A stretch of DNA of 64,000 nucleotides from Acutalibacteraceae bacterium (lineage in GTDB: Bacteria > Bacillota > Clostridia > Oscillospirales > Acutalibacteraceae). Of the stretch, positions 46,859 through 55,308 are shown one piece after another (within the stretch, counting starts at the first letter, position 1; each line of letters opens with the position of its first letter). The notes beneath the pieces were generated by a model. That model was given only the letters and a program-made list of their open reading frames with translations, did no database searches and was not told where the DNA came from. A program made the translations under genes and the position numbers. The stretch is from contig JAZUPE010000017.1 in assembly GCA_045605025.1 (NCBI GenBank), forward strand, positions 1,867-65,866. The letters run 5' to 3'.

Positions 46859-47554
46859 TTACTTGGTAGTGACGTCGCGGACGGTCAGTCTCTTTTCGCT
46901 GACCGAAAAGCGTACATCAAAGCCGGCGTAATCAAAGCCGTAAACACGCTCCGGGTCGCGCTGATAAGCAGGACGCGGGTCGTGGGCAAGAGCGCCGGTG
47001 AGACCGTCGCGTTTATCGGCAGGAATCCGTTCCAGCAGCTCCCCGGGGAAATCTACTTCAAGCAGATAGTCCTGATTCTGCTGAGTGAAGCCCTCGGATG
47101 CGTCGGGGTGACAGTCGGCGTAGGGGATATAGGGTTTGATGTCGTAGATTGGTGTGCCGTCCATCATATCCACTCCCGCCACACGCAGTACGGTGCCGTT
47201 GACGCCGTCCTGCTCAACGCCTGTGAGACGGACGCAGGACAGCCCCAGCGGATTGGGGCGGAAAGGGGAGCGGGTGGCAAAAACGCCCATGCGGGTGTTG
47301 CCGCCCAGCCGCGGCGGACGGACTGTAGGTGACCAGTCGTTGTGGCGGTTGCCGGAAAAGCCCCACACAAGCCAGAGGTGGGTGAAATCCTCAATGCCGC
47401 GCAGAGCTTCAGGAAAGCGGTAATCCGGCTCGAAAACGATGGTCGCCTCGATGCCTTCCACCAGTCCGCTCTGGCGGGGCAGACCGAATTTGGTAGGGAA
47501 GGCGCTGTGCAGCCGGGCGATTACTTTCAGTTCAAGGTTGTCAGAGTGTTCCAT
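46859..47554 (-). CDS. trmO: tRNA (t6A37) methyltransferase TrmO/TsaA
   Basis: 'GLPRQSG', 'FATRSPFRPNPLGLS', 'GTPIYDIKPYIPY' are typical of the TsaA/YaeB family. Confidence 0.85.
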   Translation of the reverse strand: MEHSDNLELKVIARLHSAFPTKFGLPRQSGLVEGIEATIVFEPDYRFPEALRGIEDFTHLWLVWGFSGNRHNDWSPTVRPPRLGGNTRMGVFATRSPFRPNPLGLSCVRLTGVEQDGVNGTVLRVAGVDMMDGTPIYDIKPYIPYADCHPDASEGFTQQNQDYLLEVDFPGELLERIPADKRDGLTGALAHDPRPAYQRDPERVYGFDYAGFDVRFSVSEKRLTVRDVTTK

Positions 47555-47580
47555 AGTGTCTCCTTTGGAAGATGCTGCCT

Positions 47581-47976
47581 TCAGCCGCGCTCAAAGCGCA
47601 CCTGCCGGAAAGCTCGCAGGTCATTGACCTCGCCTGTGTCGTAAAAGTGCAGGAAGATATCCGAGCACTCCTGAGCGGAGCACAGCTTTTCCACCAGCCG
47701 GACGTACTTCTTTTTTTCGATGGCGAGCTGAACGTCTACGATGCCGTGACATTCACACGCCTGCACATATCGGATACCATGGGTGGCGACCGGCAGTGTC
47801 AGTATCACATAAAAGTCGGGATCCTCTGTTATCCTGCGGATACAGTCGAGGATATCCTCCTGACCGAAGCTGTCGGACACGCCCACCGGTGTCTCAAGGG
47901 TGATCCATTGCCCCGGCGGGTCTTTTTCGAATTTTACGGTTCCGGTTTTTCTGAATAATCCGTCAAAAATGCCCAT
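47581..47976 (-). CDS. hypothetical protein (131 aa)
   Basis: Start trimmed to MGIFDGLF (GGGGGAA upstream) to remove the overlap with ylmH. No recognisable motif. Confidence 0.45.
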   Translation of the reverse strand: MGIFDGLFRKTGTVKFEKDPPGQWITLETPVGVSDSFGQEDILDCIRRITEDPDFYVILTLPVATHGIRYVQACECHGIVDVQLAIEKKKYVRLVEKLCSAQECSDIFLHFYDTGEVNDLRAFRQVRFERG

Positions 47977-48034
47977 TGTACGTTCCCCCGTTAAAATATT
48001 ACACCCGCATAATGAGTACGGAATGGCTGACTGT

Positions 48035-48787
48035 CTATTTCGGGATCTCCACGGCAACATAAAGCCGTCCCTTTTTTGTTTCCCTGCGTGCGCCGAGATA
48101 GGTGAAGCGTCCGCACCGGCGCACCGAGACCACGTCTCCCTCGCTGAGCGGGCGGGAGGAATGTTCGGTTATGCGGGAGTTGACATACACCCGCTGGGCA
48201 TCAAAGAGCTGCTGACACTGGGTGCGGGACAGTTTGTATACCGCGCATATCACCGCGTCGATGCGCTCTGAGGGCACGTTGAACTCGTGCTGTTCGGTCT
48301 CGACGGTCAGTGTCTGCGGCGCGTCTTCCGCCATACGGCACACCACAGTGGTGTGCTTTACCCTCTCAAGCGAATCAATGATATACTGAGCGATGGAATC
48401 AAGGCAGAAGAGATACGCGCCCTCCTCGCGCACGAAGATATCGCCCAGCACCTCTCGGCGTATGCCGAGATTGAGCAGCGCGCCGAGAAAATCACGGTGT
48501 TCCAGCTTGTCGGCGAATTTCGCGTTTTTGGGGGAGATACATACGCAGCAGACAGGCGGTTGAGCCTGATAGCCGCAGAAGTCTTCCGAACCGAACATGG
48601 CTATTCTGCGCTCGCAGGAAGGATGTCCGCCCTCAAGAGAGAAAGGAGAGGGGATATCGTGGGCACAGGCCATCAGAACGCTCTGCTCCGCCATGGAAAG
48701 AAACTCGGTGCTGCTCCATATGCCGTTGTACGCCCGCTGACCCAGTTCGGAAAAACGTCTGCGCAACAGTTCGTCTGAACCGTTCAC
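48035..48787 (-). CDS. ylmH: YlmH-family S4-domain RNA-binding protein
   Basis: 'LLRRRFSELGQRAYNG...TEFLSMAEQ' and the C-terminal S4 segment 'RIDAVICAVYKLSRTQCQQLFDAQRVYVN'. GTG start 7 nt after AAGGAGG. Confidence 0.75.
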   Translation of the reverse strand: MNGSDELLRRRFSELGQRAYNGIWSSTEFLSMAEQSVLMACAHDIPSPFSLEGGHPSCERRIAMFGSEDFCGYQAQPPVCCVCISPKNAKFADKLEHRDFLGALLNLGIRREVLGDIFVREEGAYLFCLDSIAQYIIDSLERVKHTTVVCRMAEDAPQTLTVETEQHEFNVPSERIDAVICAVYKLSRTQCQQLFDAQRVYVNSRITEHSSRPLSEGDVVSVRRCGRFTYLGARRETKKGRLYVAVEIPK

Positions 48788-48900
48788 TTTGCTGCCTCCT
48801 TTCCCGAAATAATCCACTTTGCTTAAATACTGTTTTCGTTAAGTATATCATCCCGTGGTGTTTTTTTCAACCTTGCCGGAGGATTTATTGGGATTTTATG

Positions 48901-48929
48901 TTGACTATAATGGACGATTGTGGTATGAT
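48901..48929 (+). promoter_or_regulatory. promoter of the RyR-domain gene pair
   Basis: TTGACT-17 nt-(TGg)TATGAT, 36 nt upstream of the GTG start. Confidence 0.5.
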
Positions 48930-48964
48930 ATGTCCACAAATTCAGTGATTTGTGAGGTGAGCTT

Positions 48965-51151
48965 GTGAATAATGATATGAAGCGAAGCGGCGAACCGAAG
49001 ATCAGACCCAACAGCAACGGGTATGTTCCGGCTCCGCTGGATACCTCTGAGATTATACTTGGTGACAAGATAATGCTGCTTGGCGAGCGGCTTGCAGCCA
49101 ATTTCCATGATGTCTGGGGAAAGAAACGTGTTGAGGAGGGCTGGGCGTACGGTCCGGTTCGTGACGACGAAAAAAAGACCAACCCCTGCATGGTGTATTA
49201 TGACGAGCTGACAGAGGAAGAAAAGCAGGACGACCGGTCTTCTGCTTTCGAAGCGCTCAAGTTCATCAAAGCTCAGGGTTACAGAATTGAAGAACGAAAA
49301 AAGCCGAGCATGAAGGAGATTTTACGCACAGCGTGGATCGATCGTGGCCGCAGTATGGATGAAATCTGCTTTGACGCTCCGGTGTTTGTAGGTGTTTTCG
49401 GCACGGTAGATCTGCCGGATAAATCCACTCTGACCAAGGCGCTGCATTCTTTCTGCAAGTCGCTGTATGAGCTTTTTGAACAGAAGAAGGCCCTTGGCAG
49501 AGAGAACGGCAGCGCTCTTCTCAACAGCAGCCGCTACAAAAAGCACGCGCACACACGCTTTGCGTTCCTGTCCGCGCTTGAAACGGAAACCGAATGCCTT
49601 GCGGCCCGTGTGGCAGCCGGTTACGGTATAGAGACCTACCGCGTGACGGGCGATTCCGCTCTGGCGGAAAAGGGTGATCTTGTTGCGCCGGACGGAGACG
49701 TTACAGGCTTTATCTGTGATTACAGCCTGATGGCTCTCGCGATGTGGAACGGCGTTGACGCTGTCTCTTCCGGATATGACGAGCGTATGGCTCTCGCCGT
49801 AAAGCGCGCTCTCAGAGGCAGCACCGAGCGGCTCATGGAGCTGGATATGCCGGACAATATCACTGTATATCACATGCTCATGCCGCTGGACAACAGAGAC
49901 AAGGGTGTGGAAGGACACGCAGCATATGGTATCCGCACGCTGCATCCCTATCCACTGGAAACCGGTAAATCCTGGTATTTCCGTGGTGGAAAGAGTAAGG
50001 TAGGCGTGACCGATAAATATAATCAGAACCGATTTGAGCGCAATGTGGGCAAGATCGCCCACTTCAATTACAAGGTGAAGATTCGCCATGATGAAGTGAT
50101 GGCGAGCGAGAAGGTTTATGACCTGATGCCAGGTCTGCATGGTCACGCGGATGCTGATCGCGATCTGCTGCGTTATCTGTATACAGACAACATATCTTTC
50201 GCGGCGCAGAAAAGGCGTGACATACAGACACGCAGAATGATCACTGCGGCGGCAATCGGTCTGATTACCTACAGCTTTGTTTCTGACGCTCCGGAGAAGT
50301 TGTTCGGCATAGACATGGGCGCACTTGCACCTTTCCTGAGCATATTTACTCTTGTTTTCCTGACTGCGGCGATGGTTATTTTTCTGCTTCAGCGCAGGGC
50401 GGGAAGTCACGATGAGTATGTCGGTTTCCGTCTGATCGCGGAGTGCCTGCGCGTGCAGACCTACTGGAGGGCTGCCGGTGTTGAAGGCAGTGTGGAAGAT
50501 GAATTCGGCGCAAAGTCCAAGCTTGACTTTGAATGGGCCCGTTACATTCTCCGTTCATGGGAACTGCAGAACAGAATATACAACACTGAAAATACGAAAT
50601 TTCCTTCCGGAGTTATCAATGAAGTCGGCAGAATCTGGCACGGAACCGAGGAGATCTGGCAGGAAAACACTGAAAACGCTGAGCAGAGCGGATATAACTA
50701 CATCAACAGTGACGGTGTCGACCAGTACGGCTACACCCGCCAGAAGGCAGAGAGCTGCTCGAGAGATGCCCGCCGCGAAGGTCTTGTCAACGTGATATCC
50801 ATCGCTGCGGCATACGGTCTGACCATCGTTGTGGCAGTGCTGATTATCATCAACGCCTTTGGCAACGGCAAACTGGAAATCACAGATCACCTGATGTTGC
50901 TGGCAAGTCTTGTACAGATCGGTGTTGCTGGCTACAGTCTCTTTGCGGCAAGCAAGGATTACGAGCGTGTGGCGAATAATAATACCTGGTTGTGCATAGA
51001 GTATCAGAAGGCTATCATTGCCTGCAAATACACAGCGAATGAGAAGAAGAAACGCGAGCTGTTCAGACGCACCGGCTGTGAAGCAATCAGAGAGGTTTGC
51101 GGCTGGGCGCTGGAATTCAGCCGTAACGAGCCGGGATCACCCATAAGTTAA
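48965..51151 (+). CDS. RyR-repeat / Rossmann-like (SLOG-like?) / double 2-TM membrane protein (728 aa), function unknown
   Basis: aa 17-108 form a RyR repeat ('NGYVPAPLDTS', 'FHDVWGKKRVEEGWAYGPVRDDEKKTNPCMV', 'GYRIE'). aa ~136-300 show an alternating beta/alpha pattern. TM pairs at aa 425-476 and 606-662. GAGGTGA SD before the GTG start. Confidence 0.85.
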   Translation: MNNDMKRSGEPKIRPNSNGYVPAPLDTSEIILGDKIMLLGERLAANFHDVWGKKRVEEGWAYGPVRDDEKKTNPCMVYYDELTEEEKQDDRSSAFEALKFIKAQGYRIEERKKPSMKEILRTAWIDRGRSMDEICFDAPVFVGVFGTVDLPDKSTLTKALHSFCKSLYELFEQKKALGRENGSALLNSSRYKKHAHTRFAFLSALETETECLAARVAAGYGIETYRVTGDSALAEKGDLVAPDGDVTGFICDYSLMALAMWNGVDAVSSGYDERMALAVKRALRGSTERLMELDMPDNITVYHMLMPLDNRDKGVEGHAAYGIRTLHPYPLETGKSWYFRGGKSKVGVTDKYNQNRFERNVGKIAHFNYKVKIRHDEVMASEKVYDLMPGLHGHADADRDLLRYLYTDNISFAAQKRRDIQTRRMITAAAIGLITYSFVSDAPEKLFGIDMGALAPFLSIFTLVFLTAAMVIFLLQRRAGSHDEYVGFRLIAECLRVQTYWRAAGVEGSVEDEFGAKSKLDFEWARYILRSWELQNRIYNTENTKFPSGVINEVGRIWHGTEEIWQENTENAEQSGYNYINSDGVDQYGYTRQKAESCSRDARREGLVNVISIAAAYGLTIVVAVLIIINAFGNGKLEITDHLMLLASLVQIGVAGYSLFAASKDYERVANNNTWLCIEYQKAIIACKYTANEKKKRELFRRTGCEAIREVCGWALEFSRNEPGSPIS

Positions 51152-51185
51152 AAAAGTATAGATAGTTAATTGAGGAGGAACTGAA

Positions 51186-51479
51186 ATGAGCGAGTTTGTC
51201 ATCTATAATCCTGCTCCGGAAGATACCAGCAGGATCGAGCTGTCTCCGGAGATTCTCGCACTGTGCGAGGAAATGGCGAAGAACACCCATGAGGTCTGGG
51301 CAAAGAACCGCATGGATCAGGGATGGACTTACGGCCCTACCCGCAACGACGAAAAGAAGGAGCATCCATGTCTGGTGCCCTATGAGGCGCTTCCCGAGAA
51401 GGAGAAGCAGTATGACCGAGATACTGCAATGGAAACCCTTAGACTTATCATTAAGCTTGGGTACGAAATCAAAAAGTAA
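51186..51479 (+). CDS. stand-alone RyR-repeat protein (97 aa)
   Basis: 'YNPAPEDTS...THEVWAKNRMDQGWTYGPTRNDEKKEHPCLVPYEALPEKEKQYDR...GYEIKK'. GAGGAGG SD. Starts 34 nt after the upstream stop. Confidence 0.85.
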   Translation: MSEFVIYNPAPEDTSRIELSPEILALCEEMAKNTHEVWAKNRMDQGWTYGPTRNDEKKEHPCLVPYEALPEKEKQYDRDTAMETLRLIIKLGYEIKK

Positions 51480-51500
51480 CAAACATTACGCATCATCACA

Positions 51501-51535
51501 ACGCCGCCCCGACCGTTTTTCGGTCGGGGCGGCGT
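51501..51535 (+). terminator. perfect 15-bp GC-rich hairpin closing the RyR pair (no U-tract)
   Basis: ACGCCGCCCCGACCG-TTTTT-CGGTCGGGGCGGCGT. Not followed by a T-run on either strand. Confidence 0.5.
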
Positions 51536-51589
51536 ACTAAGCGAAATGATTACGTGGATGCAGCTCTTGTGCAGGCAAGGAGAAAGAAA

Positions 51590-52297
51590 ATGGGAGATTT
51601 CTTTATCGAAGCGTACGGTATTAAGGTTCGCGTGGAACGCAGAAAAGTAAAGTGCATCCGACTGTACATAAAGCCGCCCGACGGCAGTGCGTTTATAAGC
51701 ATGCCGCAGCGGTGCAGTATTGATTCGGTACGGAAATTTATTGAAAGCAAGCGCGGATGGATCGAAGAAAAACAGGCACAGTGCCGTGCAAGAAGCGCAC
51801 AGACCCTGTCGACGCAGCAGGCGTGCAGTACTGTTTTGTTGTGGGGAAATCAGATGACGCTTGAAGTGGATGAAACTGCGGGCAAAGATTTAGCCGAACC
51901 GGCGGGGGAAAGAATTGTCATACGGACAAAGAACTCGGCAGATGAGCATACCAGAATGGCTCTGCTGGATGAAATGTATCGACGGCTGTTGTGCGCTGAG
52001 CTTCCATCTGTCACTGAAAAATGGCAGAGCCGTATGGGTGTGAAGGCTTTGGAGTGGCGCATAAAAAAGATGAAAACCAGATGGGGGACCTGCAATGTTG
52101 AAAAGAAACGCATCTGGATCAATCTGCGGCTTGCCATGCTTCCGCCGGAGTGTCTTGAGTATGTGGTGGTACACGAACTGTGCCATTTGTATGAACCTGG
52201 TCACAATCAGCAGTTTTGGGCACTGATGAGCATGTATATGCCGGAGTGGAAGGAGATCCGCGTAAGAATGAAAGACTTCTGCGGTGTGCTATATTGA
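51590..52297 (+). CDS. DUF45/YgjP-like (M48/WLM-type) zinc metallopeptidase
   Basis: 'VVVHELCHLYEPGHNQQFWALM' carries an HExxH motif. N-terminal 'RRKVKCIRLYIKPPDGS' is typical of DUF45. AAGGAG SD upstream. Confidence 0.8.
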   Translation: MGDFFIEAYGIKVRVERRKVKCIRLYIKPPDGSAFISMPQRCSIDSVRKFIESKRGWIEEKQAQCRARSAQTLSTQQACSTVLLWGNQMTLEVDETAGKDLAEPAGERIVIRTKNSADEHTRMALLDEMYRRLLCAELPSVTEKWQSRMGVKALEWRIKKMKTRWGTCNVEKKRIWINLRLAMLPPECLEYVVVHELCHLYEPGHNQQFWALMSMYMPEWKEIRVRMKDFCGVLY

Positions 52298-52299
52298 TG

Positions 52300-52506
52300 T
52301 CAGTTCAGTGCTGTCGCATCAATGTATATTGCTCCTTTGGGCAATCGTATCGTCATAAGCAGCAGCAAAACCGCAAAGCAGTACAGAACTGCAAAAATCT
52401 TGAAACATGGGCGGATGTGATCTGCGGTGCAGATCAGAAATGCGCCAATAGGAGGAAGAAGAAGGAGCAGCAGAAGATACTGCGGTAAAGTCAGCTTACG
52501 GTTCAA
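52300..52506 (-). CDS. small hydrophobic protein (68 aa, 2 predicted TM), hypothetical
   Basis: TTG start 9 nt after AGGAGG. Two hydrophobic stretches. Convergent with the DUF45 gene. Confidence 0.4.
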   Translation of the reverse strand: MNRKLTLPQYLLLLLLLPPIGAFLICTADHIRPCFKIFAVLYCFAVLLLLMTIRLPKGAIYIDATALN

Positions 52507-52599
52507 TCGTAATAACCTCCTGTTTGTGCTTTTGATAGTAAATGTATCTTATCACATGAATGGTGCAATTTCAGAAATCGTGAAAGATTATCACTTGAA

Positions 52600-52642
52600 C
52601 AGAAAATGCCCCGGGTAACTCGGAGTGAGCTGCCCGGGGCAT
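52600..52642 (-). terminator. rho-independent terminator after the aminopeptidase gene
   Basis: 10-bp stem ATGCCCCGGG / CCCGGGGCAT, then TTTTCTGTT on the minus strand. Confidence 0.7.
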
Positions 52643-52659
52643 AATCTATCAGAATATTA

Positions 52660-54066
52660 TCAACCTTTTGCGAAGAAGGCGGCAATGGCCTTCTTGGTCA
52701 TGAATACGTCCAGCTTGGACACGACCTCGAGAGGTGCGTGCATGGACAGAACGGGAACGCCGATATCCACAACGTCTACGTCATAGTGGGCGATGTACAG
52801 GGCAACGGTTCCGCCGCCGCCGGCATCGACACGACCCAGCTCGCCGGTCTGCCACAGAACGTCTTCGCTGTCGAGAATGCCGCGAACGTGAGCCATGAAC
52901 TCGGCGGAAGCATCGGAGGAACCGCTCTTGCCGCGGGAACCAGTGTACTTGGTGACAACCACGCCGCCGTTGATGACGGAGGAATTGCGCTTTTCGTAAA
53001 CATCGGCAAAGTTGGGATCATATGCCGCGTTGACATCAGCAGAAAGACAACGGGAGGCGGAGAGAGCCGCGCGGCCGCTGACACCCTGAGATTCTGCGAT
53101 GTCGGTGATGAAGTTGGTCAGATATACGGAATTGAGACCGGTGTTGCCCTCGCTGCCGATTTCTTCCTTGTCGGCGAGGCAGACCACGCAGGTCTTTTCC
53201 GGTGTGCCGGCTTCAAACAGCGCGATGAGGGAAGGATAGGCGCACACGCGGTCGTCGTGACCGTAGGCGCCGATCATGGAGCGGTCAAGACCGATGTCTC
53301 TTGCCTTGAAGGCGGGAACGGCCTCCAGCTCGGCGGAAAGGAAGTCGGCTTCCACAATGCCGTACTTCTCGTTGAGCAGTTTGAGAACGTTGAGTTTGAC
53401 ACTGTCTGAACCGTCGTCACCGGCGAGGGGACGGCTGCCGATGAGCAGGTTGAGGTTTTCACCCTTGATGACTTCCATGGCCTTGCGCTGGAGCTGCTCG
53501 GCGGAAAGGTGAATGAGCAGGTCGGTCACGCAGATCTGGGGATCGTTTTCGTCCTCACCGATGTTGATTTCCACCTTGCTGCCGTCGGCAAGGCACACAA
53601 CGCCGTGGAGAGCCATGGGAATTGTGGTCCACTGATACTTCTTGACGCCGCCGTAGTAGTGGGTCTTGAAGTAGGCAAGGTCATCGCTCTCGTACATGGG
53701 GTTGGGCTTGAGGTCGAGGCGGGGAGAGTCAATGTGTGCGGCGGAGATGAGCATACCCTCGGCAGCGGACTGTCTGCCGATGACCGCCAGCACGATGGCT
53801 TTTTCGCGATTGACCTTGTAGACACGGTCGCCGGCATTATATTTTTTGCCGCTCTCAAAGGGGACAAAACCGTTCTTTTCTGCCATGGCGAGAGTGCATG
53901 CCACTGCCTCGCGCTCGGTCTTGCTGCTGTCAAGGAATACCTTGTAGCCGTCGCAGAAAGCATCGGCTTGCGCAAGCACTTCGGCGCTTACCTTACCGGC
54001 ACCGTTCTTTTTTGTGTAGAATAATCTTTCGCGCAGCTCCTTGGCTGCATCTTTCTTTTCGGACAT
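52660..54066 (-). CDS. M18-family aminopeptidase
   Basis: 468 aa. 'AAHIDSPRLDLKP', 'GAYGHDDRVC', 'LADKEEIGSEG', 'GVPVLSMHAP' are typical of M18 aspartyl/aminopeptidase 1. Confidence 0.85.
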   Translation of the reverse strand: MSEKKDAAKELRERLFYTKKNGAGKVSAEVLAQADAFCDGYKVFLDSSKTEREAVACTLAMAEKNGFVPFESGKKYNAGDRVYKVNREKAIVLAVIGRQSAAEGMLISAAHIDSPRLDLKPNPMYESDDLAYFKTHYYGGVKKYQWTTIPMALHGVVCLADGSKVEINIGEDENDPQICVTDLLIHLSAEQLQRKAMEVIKGENLNLLIGSRPLAGDDGSDSVKLNVLKLLNEKYGIVEADFLSAELEAVPAFKARDIGLDRSMIGAYGHDDRVCAYPSLIALFEAGTPEKTCVVCLADKEEIGSEGNTGLNSVYLTNFITDIAESQGVSGRAALSASRCLSADVNAAYDPNFADVYEKRNSSVINGGVVVTKYTGSRGKSGSSDASAEFMAHVRGILDSEDVLWQTGELGRVDAGGGGTVALYIAHYDVDVVDIGVPVLSMHAPLEVVSKLDVFMTKKAIAAFFAKG

Positions 54067-54127
54067 TTTGGTTTCCTCCGTTCTTTTGCCCTAAGGGCAG
54101 GTGATTTTTGGATTATCCTGTGTTTAT

Positions 54128-54694
54128 TCAGTTGTACAGTTTTTCATAAATCGCGCGGGCGTTCTGCACTTTGCGCACGTAGTGACCTGTTGCCGAGGAC
54201 GGGATATCGTCCGCGGTGCAGTTTTCCAGCGGAATCCGGCTGTCAGCCAGCCACTGGGTCACACGGTTCTGTCCCGCGTGATACGCGGCGACCGCCAGCA
54301 CGTCGCTGCCGAATTTCTCCCTGAGCATGGAAAGATAAAAGACACCGTAGCGGATATTGGTATCGGGGTCGTTCAGTTCCCCGGTGGCAAGTCCGGCATC
54401 GGGCTCAAGCTTTCCCTGCAGCCAGTGGAAGGTGTCGGGCATGATCTGCATCAGACCGAGGGCGCCGACCTCCGATTCGGCGTTGGGGTCAAAGCCGCTT
54501 TCGGTGCGAATCACGGCATAGACAAGATCACTGTCGACGCCGAATCTTTCGCTGTACCGCTCGACTGCAGAGGAGTATTCAAGAGGGTAGAGGAAATGTG
54601 TGAGCGCCCGGGCGGATACTATTCCGGCAGCAAGCAGCAGGGAACAGGCTATCAGCACAGATATCAGTTTTCCTCTGCGGGGGGTGTGGTTCAA
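54128..54694 (-). CDS. membrane-anchored lytic transglycosylase (SLT domain)
   Basis: 'IRTESGFDPNAESEVGALGLMQIMP' and 'AAYHAGQNRV'. TTG start 7 nt after AAGGAG. Confidence 0.85.
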   Translation of the reverse strand: MNHTPRRGKLISVLIACSLLLAAGIVSARALTHFLYPLEYSSAVERYSERFGVDSDLVYAVIRTESGFDPNAESEVGALGLMQIMPDTFHWLQGKLEPDAGLATGELNDPDTNIRYGVFYLSMLREKFGSDVLAVAAYHAGQNRVTQWLADSRIPLENCTADDIPSSATGHYVRKVQNARAIYEKLYN

Positions 54695-55308
54695 AGCAGT
54701 TCTCCTTTGCGGATGATTTGGTCGAGGAGACAGCGGGCACTGCTGAGCAGCGCGTCAACCGTACTGTCGTTGACCAGAGTATGTCCGGCGCGTCCGGAAT
54801 AGAATGAGCAGTCGTGCTGGGCGGACATACGCAGCCTTGCGGCTTCTTCGCTCAGTCCGTCCCGCGCCATGATGCGTCTGAGACGGTCGTCATCGGGAGC
54901 CACAACGGCGATGACCGTGTCGCAGCGCCGGTCCAGCTCCGATTCAAACAGCAGCGGCGCGTCGATAACCACACCCGCGGCGTTTTCGCTCTCTGCTTCG
55001 CTGATGATATTCTCAAGCAGACCGATTACAGCAGGGTGCACAATGCCGTTGAGTGTATCCCTGCCCTCCGGAGTGGGGAAGGCGCGCTGTGCCAGCAGTG
55101 CACGGTCAAGGAAACCGTCGGTGCGGAGAATATCTTTGCCGAAGGCGTCTGCAAGCTTTTCCAGAGCCGGAGCCCCCGGCTCCACCGCCACACGGGCAAG
55201 ATGGTCGCAGTCGGCAAACCGGCAGCCGTATTCTTCAAACACAGGGCGCAGGACGGATTTGCCCGCGCCGGTGGGACCGGTCAGTCCGATGACAACCGTT
55301 TTGCTCAT
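54691..55308 (-). CDS. coaE: dephospho-CoA kinase
   Basis: 'VIGLTGPTGAGKS' P-loop at the N-terminus. 205 aa after trimming the spurious upstream extension. Confidence 0.85.
   Translation of the reverse strand: MSKTVVIGLTGPTGAGKSVLRPVFEEYGCRFADCDHLARVAVEPGAPALEKLADAFGKDILRTDGFLDRALLAQRAFPTPEGRDTLNGIVHPAVIGLLENIISEAESENAAGVVIDAPLLFESELDRRCDTVIAVVAPDDDRLRRIMARDGLSEEAARLRMSAQHDCSFYSGRAGHTLVNDSTVDALLSSARCLLDQIIRKGELL

Noticed and set aside
49322-51482. Minus-strand ORFs 49322-50410 (362 aa) and 51117-51482 (121 aa) opposite the RyR genes
   Set aside because: The plus-strand products contain two independently recognisable RyR repeats and coherent TM modules with good SDs. The antisense translations have no motifs. 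The 121-aa ORF exactly shadows the 97-aa RyR gene.
48818-52660. Canonical Thoeris, CBASS or Pycsar system around the RyR genes
   Set aside because: No TIR, SIR2, CD-NTase/SMODS or nucleotide-cyclase-like ORF is present in the islet or its flanks. The locus is therefore reported as a non-canonical candidate rather than assigned to a known system.
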